A DNA stretch of 64,000 nt from Eledone cirrhosa (GCA_964016885.1 OZ024756.1:42532001-42596000), one strand, 5' to 3'. Shown: positions 26,762-40,566, numbered from the stretch's first letter. The notes: generated by a model from the sequence alone, not told the origin. Translations and numbers: made by a program.

Positions 26762-27828
26762 ATTTTACATGTGGCCGGTGCTCTGGTGCAAAAAGTAGCA
26801 GCAAGTGCACACAGAATACTAGCTCTTTCAATTGCACAGAGGGTTCTATAGAAATAGTGGACAGCTTCCGTTACCTGGGTGACAAAATCAGCAGTGGAGG
26901 AGGGTGCTCTGAAAGTACAGTAGCTAGAGTCAGAACTGGATGGAAAAAGTTCAGAGAGCTTATACCTCTACTAGCAGCTAAAGGGTTCTCCCTAAAAATG
27001 AAAGGCAGGCTGTATGATGCCTGCATACGAACAGCAATGTTGCATGGCAGTGAGACCTGGGCATTGTGTGCAGAGGATATACGCAGACTAGAGAGGAACG
27101 AAGCTTGCATGCTCTGCTGGATGTGTAATAGTAATATACGCGAACGGCATAACATTAACGAACTAAGGGAAAAATTAGAAATTAGAGGGATCAGTGGTTG
27201 TTTAATCGAGAGAAGGCTACGTTGGTATGGTCACGTGATGCGCATGAAAGACGACAGCTGTATAAAAAAGTGCAGGGCAATAAAAATAGACTGTAGCCAT
27301 GGAGTAGGCAGACCTAGAAAAACCTGGGATGACTTGATAAATTCCGACCTCACACACTTACACCTCTCCAAGACAATGTCACTGGACCGAGATTTTTGGC
27401 GGTACACAGTAATAGAGAAGACCCGCCTTACCTAAATACAAAGTAAAACCTACTACAGTCAGTAGGCACCTCTAACAAAATACACCCCAGTCCCACTACC
27501 CCCACCCCATCCACACCGCCCCTTTCAATGTAAAGTTATGTTGGTACCACAACATCCAGGCCGAAACAAATGAGGTCGTGTAGGTGTCACGACAAAAAAA
27601 CACACAGCCCACGCTGTAATGTGGCCGTGTAGGTAACACAGTAAAAACCTCCTAGTTCCACACTGTAAATGTGGTTGGTGATAGGAAGGGCATCCAGCTG
27701 TAGAAAACCCGCCAGACAGTCCTATGCGAACAAGACAACCACTCTTGCCTCAAGTAGGAAAACTCCCGTCCAAACCCATGCAAGCGTGGAATATGGACAT
27801 TAAACGATGATGATGATGATGATGATGA
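26762..27828 (+). mobile_element. 5'-truncated RTE, same subfamily as 59-63.4 kb
   Basis: ORF 26857-27435 is nearly identical to the C-terminus of ORF 60941-62983; same 3'UTR and (GAT)n tail. Confidence 0.93.
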
Positions 27829-28002
27829 TAACATATATATATATATATATATAATATATATATAATATATATATAATATATATATATATTATATATATAT
27901 ATAATATATATATATATTATATATATATATAATATATATATAATTATAATATATAATTATCTGATGAAAGCGTACCAAAGTTTTGGTACCTTGAAATATA
28001 TA

Positions 28003-28118
28003 TATAATTGTTTCTACTTTAGGCACAAGGCCAGCAATTACTCAGGGCATTACTGGTACTTTATTTCATCGATCCCGTAAGGATGAAAGGCAAAGTCAAC
28101 CTTGGCGGGATTTGAACT
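28003..28118 (-). mobile_element. Truncated SINE of the 8101-8290 family
   Basis: Same core and tail sequence. Confidence 0.8.
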
Positions 28119-28251
28119 ATAATAGAATAAATATGGTTTTATAAATATAGTTTCCATTTATTTAATATCATTGTATATATTATATATATATATATATGAA
28201 TGTAGAAAGAAAAGTAATACTGTAAAGAAAATAATATACAAATCTGCCTAC

Positions 28252-28556
28252 TTTCATTTGAAATGAGGATTTGAAGTTTGCTGTCTTCCAGTGAACAATA
28301 GACAATTGTATTGGAGATGTCTGCAGCTTTTACAGGATATTGAAAATCAGATTTTACCAAAGCAAAGCATAAGAAACTTTTTGGAACAGTGACAAGCTTT
28401 CTACTGATGTTTGACACGCGCTTTCCATTTGATGTTCCCAAACAAACAAAACATTACTTAAATCTGAGGAAACAGATGCAAAACATGAGAAGGTAGATAC
28501 CTTGTCAGGTCTGTAGTGTGCAGTGTCAGTCACAATTTTTCTCAAGTGAGATTTCA
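28252..28556 (-). CDS. Predicted second Ig-like exon with an apparent 1-nt deletion
   Basis: Acceptor cattttctttcag and donor gtaggc. One frame gives TFSCFASVSSDLSNVLFVW and the next gives ADISNTIVYCSL. It is 305 nt, one short of an in-frame phase 1-1 exon. Confidence 0.6.
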
Positions 28557-28854
28557 CTGAAAGAAAATGAAAAAATGTAAATGTTGGCTGGTTAAATTAG
28601 TACGGACTACAACTAAATTGTTGAATGAGGAGGAAAGCATGAGTGAGGACTCTGTCCCAACAACACTCTCATGAGGAGGAGGAAGGAAAGAAAAGAAAAA
28701 GAAAAAAAGGAAAAGGGAAAAAGAAAAAAAGAAGAGTACAAGGGTAAGCGCAGTAAGGAACACAGTTTATATGACAAATACACAAATACCAATGACACAT
28801 AAGTACACATATATATTTGTATTAATGTGTGTGTACATACACACACACACACAT

Positions 28855-29070
28855 GTCGGTTTTCACTTCAATTTAATGTAAATTTCCGGTCGGTTGGTTC
28901 AATAAACAGATGGTTGTTTATATATTGTCAAAGCTCTTTCGTCACACATTCTGTGACCTCCTCAATTTATAATAAATTGAAGTGTGTGTTTTTATTGGCA
29001 CGTAAATAATAACAATATCTGTTTCAACACGTTTTCAGATAGAAATCTTGCAAAACCAATTCAAAAATGA
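28855..29070. mobile_element. Rearranged terminal fragment of the 46.6-48.2 kb PLE family
   Basis: 28855-28965 resembles 46715-46868 in the same orientation and includes a decayed hammerhead. 28980-29070 resembles 46610-46710 inverted. Confidence 0.7.
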
Positions 29071-29136
29071 AGTGTGTGTATATATATATATATATTGGAA
29101 AATGTGTGTAATCCTTGGTACAGTTAGGTATATTAA

Positions 29137-29796
29137 GACAGGGGGGAAGAAAAAATGGCTTCACTTGTGCTTTCAACAAATTTATTTTCTTCACAAAATC
29201 CAAAAATAATTTTTCTTAAAAAAAATTATTTTATAAAATAAGTTGTTGGTTGTTGGTTAGGTCTTAGGAGTTCTTGGTTAACGTAGGAGGTATTGTTTCG
29301 TTTTTAGAAAGACCTTTCACGCTGAGGTGCGCTTGTCAAACTGATGTGTATGTGGTGTGTTGTTCTATATATAGGGATTTAACATGTCTGTGGTGTGGTG
29401 GGGGTTTCTTTTCTCCCCCTTTAATAAGTGCATGGGTGTAGGTGTGTTGAAAAAGTGTTCATAGCAGTAATGAGTTGAGACGGTGAGTAGGGTTGGGTGG
29501 GGAGAAATGTAGCAAGTGCGGCCTGCCCTGGTCATTCTCGAAAAATTCCTTTATTCAGGGGAAAAAGCTTTTAGTATTGCTTTTGTGTTGAGAATGGTCA
29601 CAGGCAAATCGCACCTGTCAAGTTTGTGAATAATTATTTTTTTCTTTTACGTTAACCAAGAACTCCTAAGACATAACCAACAACCAACAACTTATTTTAT
29701 AAAATAATTTTTTTTAAGAAAAATTCTTTTTGGATTTTGTGAAGAAAATAAATTTGTTGAAAGCACAAGTGAAGCCATTTTTTCTTCCCCCCTGTC
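29137..29796. mobile_element. MITE with about 150-bp TIRs, possibly Kolobok-type
   Basis: TTAA|GACAGGGGGGAAGAAAAAATGGC...GCCATTTTTTCTTCCCCCCTGTC|TTAA. Confidence 0.8.
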
Positions 29797-29816
29797 TTAA
29801 TATATATATATATAAT

Positions 29817-29909
<93 letters not shown>

Positions 29910-29956
29910 CCTCTCTCTCTATACACACACACACATTATTTTTATATATATATATA

Positions 29957-30140
29957 GCGGTGGATTGGCAAAATTGGTAGAGCGTCGGACATGCTTTCCA
30001 GCATAGTTACGTCCCTTTACGATCTGAGTTCAAATCCCGCCAAGGTTAACTTTGCCTTTCATCCTTACGAGGTCGATAAAATAAAGTACCAGTAATGTAC
30101 TGGGTTATTGCTGGCCTGGTGCCGAAAGTAGAAACAAATA
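29957..30140 (+). mobile_element. tRNA-derived SINE of the 8101 family, with an inverted tail copy at about 30197-30256
   Basis: GCGGTGGATTGGCAAAATTGG head, GAGTTCAAATC B box and the shared core. Confidence 0.8.
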
Positions 30141-30251
30141 TTTATATATATATATGTATATATATATATGTATATATATATATGTATATATATATAAATA
30201 ATTGTTTCTACTTTCGGCACAAGGCCAGCAATTACCCAGTACATTACTGGT

Positions 30252-30286
<35 letters not shown>

Positions 30287-30499
30287 GTATGTATATATGT
30301 TTGTATATCTGTGAGTATGTATAATATATATATGTATACTATATACATATGATATATATATATGAAATATATACATAATATATATATGATATATATATGA
30401 AATATATGCATAATTTACATATAATATACGTATGATATATATATAAAAAATATATATATATATATAGTATACATATAATATTTATATAATATAAATATA

Positions 30500-30772
30500 T
30501 CTTCTTCATCATTTTACGTCCACTTTTCCCTGCTTGCGAGGGGGGCGGGAACTGATTCTGGCTTGATTTCTACAGCTGGATGCCCTTCCTAACACCAACC
30601 TCACTTACAGTGAGTGCTGGGTGCTTTTTTGCCGTGGCACCTCCACGACCACTTTGCAGAGGAATGATAGGGACCCGAGTCCCTATCATCTCATTTCTAC
30701 ATCTGAGTAAACGTGAAATAAAGTGTCTTGCTCAAGGAAACAACACATCACCCGGTCTGAGAATTGAACTCA
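30500..30772 (-). mobile_element. 5'-truncated copy of the RTE-tailed SINE (6358 family)
   Basis: Reverse-complement match to about 6405-6746. Confidence 0.8.
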
Positions 30773-30965
30773 CATATATAATATACATATAATATATAAA
30801 CATAATATACATATAATATATAAACATAATATACATATAATATATATATTATATATATATAAATAATATAGATGACATTAAAAACAATAAATAGTTCTAA
30901 CTGGAGTGAAACAACAACAGCAACAACAAAAGTGATGACTAATGAGAAAATGGAACAAAACTTAC

Positions 30966-31292
30966 CTTTTATAGACTCCGAAGGTAGGGATATAGCCGAG
31001 GCTGTCTCACATTGATAAGTTGTTATATCATGACAACCAAGATTATCCTTCCAACAGTGAAACTCTCCTTGCCATTTGTCAATGACTGGTAAGTGACAGT
31101 CAAAATCATTTTCATGTACTGTTTTCAGAAATATCTTGAGAATATATTGAAAATTCAGTTCTATAACCACAGTTCGATTTCGTACAATCCTCAATGAACG
31201 ATCTGTAGTGTCCTCTGTCATACATTGTATATTCAGTCTCGTATGTGAACCAACAATAAATTTAATAGGTGTTATAGATTTGATTGTTACAT
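30966..31292 (-). CDS. Predicted first Ig-like exon (327 nt, phase 1 to 1)
   Basis: ttttatatacag|...|gtaagt with an open frame DVTIKSITPIKFIVGSHTRLNIQC...DITTYQCET, showing Ig-type B-strand Cys and D-x(3)-Y-x-C motifs. Confidence 0.7.
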
Positions 31293-31504
31293 CTGTATAT
31301 AAAATATGGAAGAGGAGAAAATGATTAGACAAAGATTTATTAAAGAATAACATATATAATGGCAGGTAGAGAAAAACTAAGACAGAGAAGAAAACAATAG
31401 AAAAGGGAGAAAAAATACAGTTGTGAATGATAAAATAAGGAGGAGAGAAAGAAAACTGAAGAAGAAGAAGAAAGAAAATAGACAAAGAAGAAGAAGAGGA
31501 GGAA

Positions 31505-32490
31505 AACGAGGTTTTCAAAGGTTTAGTCATCAGTCCAGTCCTGTTTATCATTCTCATTCAGTCCTTATCTGGAGAGTTTAAGACTGGCATTCCATGGGAA
31601 CTCCTGTATGTTGATGATCTAGTCCTTATATCCGAATCTACGGGAGAGTTATTGGCAAAATTCAAAGCATGGAAGAAAAACCTAGAATTGAAAGGCCTAA
31701 AAGTAAATTTAGCAAAGATAAAAGTCTGAAGTAGAAAGGAAGGCTAGAAGCTGTTACCATCAGGAAATTGGCCTTGTTCAATGTGTAAAAAGAGGGTGGA
31801 CAGAAACTCGATAAGTTACATAGTGTTCCCTATGGACACACAAGAAAAGTAATGGGATTGTAGGTAGTCTAACAGAGAAGATAGATTTTATGTAGTAGAG
31901 ATGTAGGAGGAGTAAGAACTAAGAAAACACGTGAAGTAGATTCACTCAATTGCCACGGCTTTCAGGTTGTTGACAGATTTTGTTATCTAGATAACCTAAT
32001 CAGCAGTAGGTGAGGATGCTCTGAAAGAATGGTGGCTTGGATAAGAACAGGCTGGAAGTTTAGAGAATAACTACCTAAGCTGACAACAAAGGGCTTCTCT
32101 CTCAGAATGAAGGGTAGACTGTATGATGCCTGCGTCCGAACTGCAATGCTACATGGCAATGAAACATGGGCCCTGACTGCAGAAGGCCTACAAAGGCTAA
32201 AACTAAACGAAACAAGTATGCTCCGATGGATGTGTAATGTCAGTGTGCATGTGTGAAGTAGCATGAACGAGCTAAGAGAAAAACTTGGTTTTAAGATGAA
32301 TTGGATATAGAGTGTATAAGAGAAGACTGTATTGGTATGAACATGTGATGTCTATGGAAGGTAACAACAGAGAATCTATTGGAAGAGGTAGATCTAAGGA
32401 AACATGGCAGGAAGTAGTGAAGACTGACCTTCAAAAGCCAGGACTGAAAGGAGTAGCCATATGCTGTACTGAAGACCTTCCTAATACTTT
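31505..32490 (+). mobile_element. Old degenerate RTE fragment
   Basis: PWELLYVDDL, GRLYDACVRTAMLHG and RRLYWYEHV remnants with many stops. Confidence 0.85.
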
Positions 32491-33059
32491 TTGATGTTGT
32501 GTCAGGTTTCTATGAAAGTATGTTGATACACACAGACACAAACTGACATTAATAACACACTATATTCTTAAATTCAGATATTATTTACATGACGAAACCC
32601 GACTCTAGTTAAAGGAAATAGTTAACTGATTTTATCAATATTTTAAAATACAGTTTTCAATGACACAATAGCATTACTACTATTGATCTCAAACAGGTAT
32701 TAATATACAAAGTTAGACTAACAAGGGACGGAGCTGTAACTGATGAAAGCTGAACCATGTATATTTGGCTGGTAGGGCTAATGTCTTACCTGGGCATATA
32801 TTGAGGGAGAGAGAGGGGGAGGGATGAGGCAGAGAAACATAGAGAAAAACTATTCCATGGGAGAGAGAGAGAGAGAGAGAGAGAGAAAGAAAGAGTAGTG
32901 GAAAGAATAAAGTTATTGTTTAGTCTTTTTCCTGCGCATGAGGCAGCAATTACGTGACGTCCACTAGGCACTACAACCAGTAGTGGTATTAGGGTGCGTG
33001 AGGTCCACACTCTGAGGTGGGCGGAGGTCCGGACACTCACTCAGTATATGTTCAGCAGT

Positions 33060-33960
33060 CTATTCTGGTAAGCCACATAGGCCAACTGCTGAGGAACTCA
33101 GTTCCCAGTGGTGCATGGCTGTATTGAATTGCCCGACAACTGTGCTTAAACGATTCAGGGACAACCACTCCCTAAGAGAGATACGTTGGTGCCTCGGAGA
33201 GCTGTATTTGTTTTTACATTGAGTTAAACAGGTCAAGATATGTTGCCAGGTAGATACCCATGTTAGAATTGAGGACAGAAACGGCGACCTTACATCAAGT
33301 GAAGTTGGTACAGTAGTTGAGAATCCCCTGCCATGTCTTGGTGTGGAAGTCTATTGAAGCCTTGGTTGCCAACCCATGTGTGTGTAATGCTCTCTTTGAA
33401 GGGATACAGGAGTAATTCCCGAGAATACAGGTAGGGCGGAGACATCCAGTAATGAACCTGAAGGCTTGGGCAATGGCGCGTAGTGTGGAGATGCCAACAT
33501 CCCATGATGGGCCTGTCAAGCGACGTAAAAGGTTGTACCCCGTGGACACCTTTGCACGTAAGGACTAAAGGTTTTGTCTGTAATTCAGGTGTCGTTCCAA
33601 TTTTAATCTGAAATAGCCTCGGTGTGATGTTATATGGGAAGGGTATGCCATCGAGGTTAATGGTGAGATGGCGATTGGCTTTCTCGGTATTCAGATAGAA
33701 TGCCATTGCCATCCCCAGCTTCAATCTCCAAGTCTTGAAATATGTTGCCAGTGGGGTCATGTTTACTGTTAGTACGCTCTCTACGTTAGTCAAGACTCTA
33801 TCGGAGTGGAGATGTCTGGTCATAACCTACAGGCTATTCCAATACGTCACCAACCTTCGGGGTAACACTTTCTCCATTCTGTCACCTGGGGTCACAAAGC
33901 TGCCTGTACCAACTCTTCTACAAACCAGAGAACGCTACCCAACATTGTCTGGGCCCACAT
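33060..33960 (-). mobile_element. Degenerate non-LTR RT fragment, clade uncertain
   Basis: LATYFKTWRLKL, NLLRRLTGPSW and RFITGCLRPT remnants. Confidence 0.6.
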
Positions 33961-35479
33961 CGTTGGGGGTAGCGAATTTATGACAGTACTAAATTGTTTT
34001 TTTTTAATATTTTCTTTCACTTTAGAAGTCATAATATATCTAAAGTAATTACTTACTGGGTGGTTCAGAACGAGTCATTATCACAATCATCATCATCACC
34101 ATAACTATTACCATAGTCCTCAACAGGTTGGGGAGAAATAACCGCCGACTGCCCCCATCAACAGTTGTAATAAAACAGCAAGACATTCTTTGATCCAGGT
34201 AAATTATGAATTATAATAGAAACCAAAAATATTTTACAAAAGTTTTTCTCATTTAATTAATGTCCGTGATGTAATAAAATTAATTAAAAGAACTCTACAA
34301 ATTATGAGGGAATTAAACAGGTTATCTAAACATAAATATTGTGTATATGTGAAGTTATGTATGTATATATATATATATGTATATATATATATAATTGTGC
34401 GAGAGTTGTTAAATTGGAACGTTTTCTCTTCGAAATATCGAATAATACACAATGGGACAAATAAAGTTGGTTTTTCTTGTTTTCTTAAATCCTAGAACGA
34501 AAGTAGTTAAAATAATCCGTATGTGAATAAACAACACATATACCCCATATATATTTCTCTAGAGTGGTGAGCGTGTATTAGAGAAAAATATATTTTGAAA
34601 TGAAATCTAAAAACAAAAGAAGAACGACCAACTTTTAAAAATGGAACAAGTTGCAGGTAATATAGTAACAGGCTAGTTTCCCTCAACTGACTTGACTTGA
34701 AAGTTAGTAGCAGCACAAATACACACTTACGTATGTAGCGTTCCAAATGTTATGATCAAAGAACGCCGTCTCATCATCTAACTCTCTGTAACAAAGTTTA
34801 GTTTTTTTCTTCTTTTTAAAACCACAATAACACTTTCTCTCTCTTCCTTTCTTTCCCTCTCCCTATTGTCATGTAATTTTCCTTTTCCTCTCTCTCTCTT
34901 ACAACATCTATTTTTCTTCTCTTTCACATCCCCTCTCTTTCTCGTAATCATCCTCTCTGCCCTTCTCTATAGAATGGAGAAAGAGAGATAATTCCAAAAC
35001 AACATGGCCAGATTGTTTTTAAATGATAACAGGAAAATAAATAATATTGAATTCCATAAAAACTAGTTTTATACCTCAAAACAAATACTTGTTTAGGTGG
35101 GATAAGGAACAATAATATATTTTTCGAGGGTGTTCGTTCTCTATTTTCTGAGTTTACTCCGGACACACACATAAATGATTTTTCTTTATATTATAGACGA
35201 GCAGAGATACCCGGCAATACCTGGGTATTTTATAAAACTAACAATATATTTTGGTACATTTTACAAAATATTTGACCAATAAAATAGGATTATTATATTT
35301 TCACTAAAGTTGGAATTATAATAGAATTTTTATTGTAATTTGTTCAATGCAAATCATCGAGATAAAAAATATTAGCTTTATCCTGTGTTATAATTTTGAA
35401 TACTATTCCTTTTTACAGCCGCCATATATAATGCTTCTCCCATAGATTAGACTTGTCGCCTTTGAGGAAAGTTGGGTCA

Positions 35480-36332
35480 TCTGACCGTGTCTTACTCATA
35501 TACAACTGTTTCTGGTTAGATTTCTACGGCTGGATGTCCTTCCTAATGCCAACCATATTTACAGTGTGGGCTGTGTGATATTTGTCGTGACACCTACATG
35601 ACCACTTTACAGTGTGGGCTGTGTGATTTTTGTCGTGACACCTACATGAACACTTTACAGTGTGGGCTGTGTGATTTTTGTCGTGACACCTACATGACCA
35701 CTTTACAGTGTGGGCTGTGTGATTTTTGTTGTGACACTTACATTACTATTTTACAGTGTGGACTGGCTGCTTTTTGTCGTGACACCTACATGACCACTCT
35801 ACAGTGTGGGGTGTGTGATTTTTGTCGTGACACTTACATGACCACTTTACAGTGTGGGGTGTGTGATTTTTATCGTGACACTTACAAGACCAATTTACAG
35901 TGTGGACTGGCTGCTTTTTGTCGTGACACCTACATGACCACTCTACAGTGTGGGGTGTATGATTTTTGTCGTGACACTTACATGACCACTTTACAGTGTG
36001 GGGTGTGTGATTTTTGTCGTGACACTTACAAGACCAATTTACAGTGTGGACTGGCTGCTTTTTGTCGTGACACCTACATGACCACTCTACAGTGTGGGGT
36101 GTGATTTTTGTAGTGACACCTACATGACTACTTTACAGTGTGGGCTGTGTGATTTTTGTCGTGACACTTACATAACCACTTTACAGTGTGGACTGGCTGC
36201 TTTTTGTCGTGACACCTATATGACCACTTTACAGTGTGGGGTATGTGATTTTTGTCGTGACACCTACATGACTACTTTACAGTGTGGACTGGGTGCTTTT
36301 TGTCGTGACACCTACATGACAACTTTACAATG
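35480..36332 (-). repeat. RTE 3'UTR remnant expanded into a 42-bp minisatellite, about 18 copies
   Basis: Unit TTTACAGTGTGGGCTGTGTGATTTTTGTCGTGACACCTACATGACCAC-like, preceded by the RTE UTR motif GGCTGGATGTCCTTCCTAATGCCAACC. Confidence 0.9.
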
Positions 36333-36338
36333 TTGCTG

Positions 36339-36686
36339 GATACATATCCCTTGGCTTCTGCTGAGAGATATAGAATTCCTGTGATGTTTAAGAGCTGATT
36401 ATAGACAGCGGTTGTCGGCCCAGCAAAAAGTAGAAATTAGTATTGGTGCTCTGAAATAGCGATGTATGTGTGAATGTATGGTGTATAGTATATTTGATAA
36501 TATACTATATGTTTATTTAAAAACATTTCGAAAACCATTAGCTATGAGATTTAAAATAGCGACTTCGTCACTTGGTCTCAGCGGAAGCAAAGGGAAGTAA
36601 GTAATCGACGGCCGTTTCTCGCATCACTGGAATTCTATAAGAATCCAGCTTATCTAACTCGCGCAGAAGCGAAGGGATATGTAATC
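36339..36686. mobile_element. MITE-like element with imperfect TIRs
   Basis: GATACATATCCCTTGGCTTCTGC..TATAGAATTCCTGTGATG against CATCACTGGAATTCTATA..GCAGAAGCGAAGGGATATGTAATC. Confidence 0.55.
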
Positions 36687-37150
36687 TTGACAACCATTAT
36701 ACATATATATTATATATATATATATATATACATATTATATATATATATATATATACATATTATATATATATATATATATATACATATATATGATATATAT
36801 ATATATATAAATATATATATATGATATATATATATATATAAATATATATATATGATATATATATATGATATATATATATATATGATATATATATATGATA
36901 TATATATATGATATATATATATGATATATATATGATATATATATATATATATGATATATATATATGATATATATATATATATATATATATGATATATATA
37001 TATATATGATATATATATATATATGATATATATATATATATATATATATATGATATATATATATATGATATATATATATGATATATATATATATGATATA
37101 TATATATATGATATATATATATGATATATATATATATATACATATATATG

Positions 37151-37192
<42 letters not shown>

Positions 37193-37387
37193 GATATATA
37201 TATATATATATACATATATATGATATATATATATATACATATGATATATATATATATATATACACATATATATGATATATATATATATATACATATATAT
37301 GATATATATATATACATATATGATATATATATATATATATACATCTATATGATATACATATATATATACATATATATGATATATATA

Positions 37388-37920
37388 CGTAGGTCCCGGG
37401 TTGAGTCGGGGATAACCACAGTAAGTAAGGTACTCAATACATGGCAGAGTAAAATTTTTTTATTTTATAGAAGGAACTTCTACAGGACTAGTACTGTTTC
37501 ATTCAGATGAAATCTTCAGAAGATTTCATCTGAATGAAACAGTACTAGTCCTGTAGAAGTTCCTTCTATAAAATAAAAATATGATATATATATATATATA
37601 CATATATATGATATATATATATATATATACATATATATAATATATATATATATATACATATATATAATATATATATATATATACATATATATAATATATA
37701 TATATATATATACATATATATGATATATATATATATACATATATATGATATATATATATACATATATATGATATATATATATATACATATATATATACAT
37801 ATATATGATATATATATATATACATATATATATACATATATATGATATATATATATATACATATATATATACATATATATGATATATATATATATACATA
37901 TATATATATACATATATATG

Positions 37921-37971
<51 letters not shown>

Positions 37972-38304
37972 CATATATATGTATATATATATGTATATAT
38001 ATATATATCATATATATGTATATATATATGTATATATATATATATCATATATATGTATATATATATATCATATATATGTATATATATATATATCATATAT
38101 ATGTATATATATATATATATATTATATATATGTATATATATATATATATTATATATATGTATATATATATATATATTATATATATGTATATATATATATA
38201 TATATCATATATATGTATATATATATATATATCATATTTTTATTTTATAGAAGGAACTTCTACAGGACTAGTACTGTTTCATTCAGATGAAATCTTCTGA
38301 AGAT
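37388..38304. repeat. PLE-like terminal fragment carrying a hammerhead core, folded back twice
   Basis: Palindrome centred at 37518 with about 60-bp arms. The right arm and adjoining TA tract recur inverted up to 38304. Confidence 0.85.
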
Positions 38305-39530
38305 AGAGAATAAATTCCAAACCTGGAAGCAGGGACTAGAGAGAAAGGGCCTCAAAGTCAACATGACAAAGACTAAGGTCCTTATAAGTAGATGAGAAAA
38401 CAGAACCCAGATCCCCTCAGGGAAATGGCCTTGCTCAGTATGTGGGAAAGGTGTAGGTAGGAACTCCATTCTTTGCCCCAAATGCAAACAATGGGTACAC
38501 AAGAGATGTAGCGGGATCTCAGGAAGCTTAATTAAGAATGTAGGATTCACATGCAGCAGCTGTGCTGAAACAGCAAGCAGCAAACAGCCACAGGAAACAA
38601 GTACCACCAATCTCTGGGAGGGCCCTGTAGAAACAGTAGACAGCTTCTGCTACCTAGGTGACGGAATTAGCAACGGAGGTGGGTGCTCAGAAAGTACAAT
38701 AACTAGGGTAAGAATGGGATGGAAGAAGTTTAGGGAACTACTACCACTGCTAGCTGCAAAAGGCTTCTCCCTCAGAATGAAAGGCAGACTGTATGATGCG
38801 TGTATCCGAACAGCGATGTTGCATGGTAGTGAGACCTGGGCGCTGAAGGTGGAAGACTTACGTAGATTAGAGAGAAACGAAGCCTGCATGCTCCGATGGA
38901 TGTGTAACAGTAATATACGTGAACGACAAAGCATAAATGAATTGAGAGAGAGACTGAGCATAAGAGGAATCAAATGCTGCGTGCAGGAGAGGCGGTTACG
39001 CTGGTATGGACATGTGATGCGTATGAAGGATGACAGCTGCATAAAAAGGTGCAGAGCACTAGAAGTTGATGGAAACCGCGGAGTGGGGAGACCCAAGATG
39101 ACTTGGGATGAGGTGATAAAAGCCGATCTTACCCAACTACACCTCTAATAGTCAATGACACACGTCCGTGACTTCTGGCGTCACGCAGTAATACAGGGTA
39201 CCCGACCTCCCATGGGTACATGCTGAAGCATATAAACAATATGCCCCCCCCCCCCCCCACCGTAAGGTGGTCGTGGAGGTGCCACGGCAAAAAAGCACCC
39301 AGGCCACACTGTAAAGTGGACGTGTAGGCGCCACGAAAAAGCACCCAGCACTCACTGTAAATGAGGTTGGTGTTTGGAAGGGCATCCAGCTGTAGAAATC
39401 AAGCCAGATCAGTTCCTGTATGAGCAAGGCATGGTCAGCCGACCAGACACTGCCCACAACAGGACAACCCGTCTAACCCATGCTAGCGTGGAAGAACGGA
39501 CGTAAAACGGTGATGATGATGATGATGATG
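38305..39530 (+). mobile_element. 5'-truncated RTE, same subfamily as 11990-16289
   Basis: WPCSVC..WVHKRC and RRLRWYGHV motifs, 3'UTR and (GAT)n tail. Confidence 0.93.
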
Positions 39531-39628
39531 ATATATATATACATATATATGATATATATATATATATATATACATATATATACATATATATATACATATA
39601 TATGATATATATATACATATATATATAC

Positions 39629-39681
<53 letters not shown>

Positions 39682-39705
39682 CATATATATAAATATATAT
39701 ATACA

Positions 39706-40117
39706 TCATCATCATCATCATCATCACCGTTTTACGTCCGTTCTTCCACGCTAGCATGGGTTAGACGGGTTGTCCTGTTGTGTGCAGTGTCTGGTCGGCT
39801 GACCATGCCTTGCTCATACAGGAACTGATCTGGCTTGATTTCTACAGCTGGATGCCCTTCCTAACACCAACCTCATTTACAGTGAGTGATGGGTGCTTTT
39901 TCGTGGCGCCTACACGTCCACTTTACAGTGTGGGCTGGGTGCTTTTTTGCCGTGGCACCTCCACGACCACCTTGCGGTGGGGGGGGGGGGGGGCATATTG
40001 TTTATATGCTTCAGCATGTACCCATGGGAGGTCGGGTACCCTGTATTACTGCGTGACGCCAGAAGTCACGGTCGTGTGTCATTGACTTTGAGAGGTGTAG
40101 TTGGGTAAGGTCGGCTT
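39706..40117 (-). mobile_element. RTE 3' end, inverted relative to 39120-39530
   Basis: Near-identical reverse complement, tail to tail across a TA tract. Confidence 0.9.
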
Positions 40118-40359
40118 ACATACATACATATATATAAATATACATACATACATACATATATATAAATATACATACATATAAATATACATACATACATACA
40201 TATATATAAATATACATACATATAAATATACATACATACATACATATATATAAATATACATACATATAAATATACATACATACATACATATATATAAATA
40301 TACATACATATATATAAATATATATATACATACATATATATAAATATATATATACATAC

Positions 40360-40424
<65 letters not shown>

Positions 40425-40455
40425 CATACATATATAGAAATATATATATACATAC

Positions 40456-40488
<33 letters not shown>

Positions 40489-40492
40489 CACA

Positions 40493-40566
<74 letters not shown>

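Noticed and set aside
34400-34790. Possible upstream exons of the Ig gene (34786-34731 and nearby)
   Set aside because: Splice-like sites exist but I could not join them in phase to the Ig1 exon
35598-36384. Cys-rich repeat protein (CGLCDFCRD)
   Set aside because: It is a translation of the RTE-derived minisatellite and is frameshifted in mid-array
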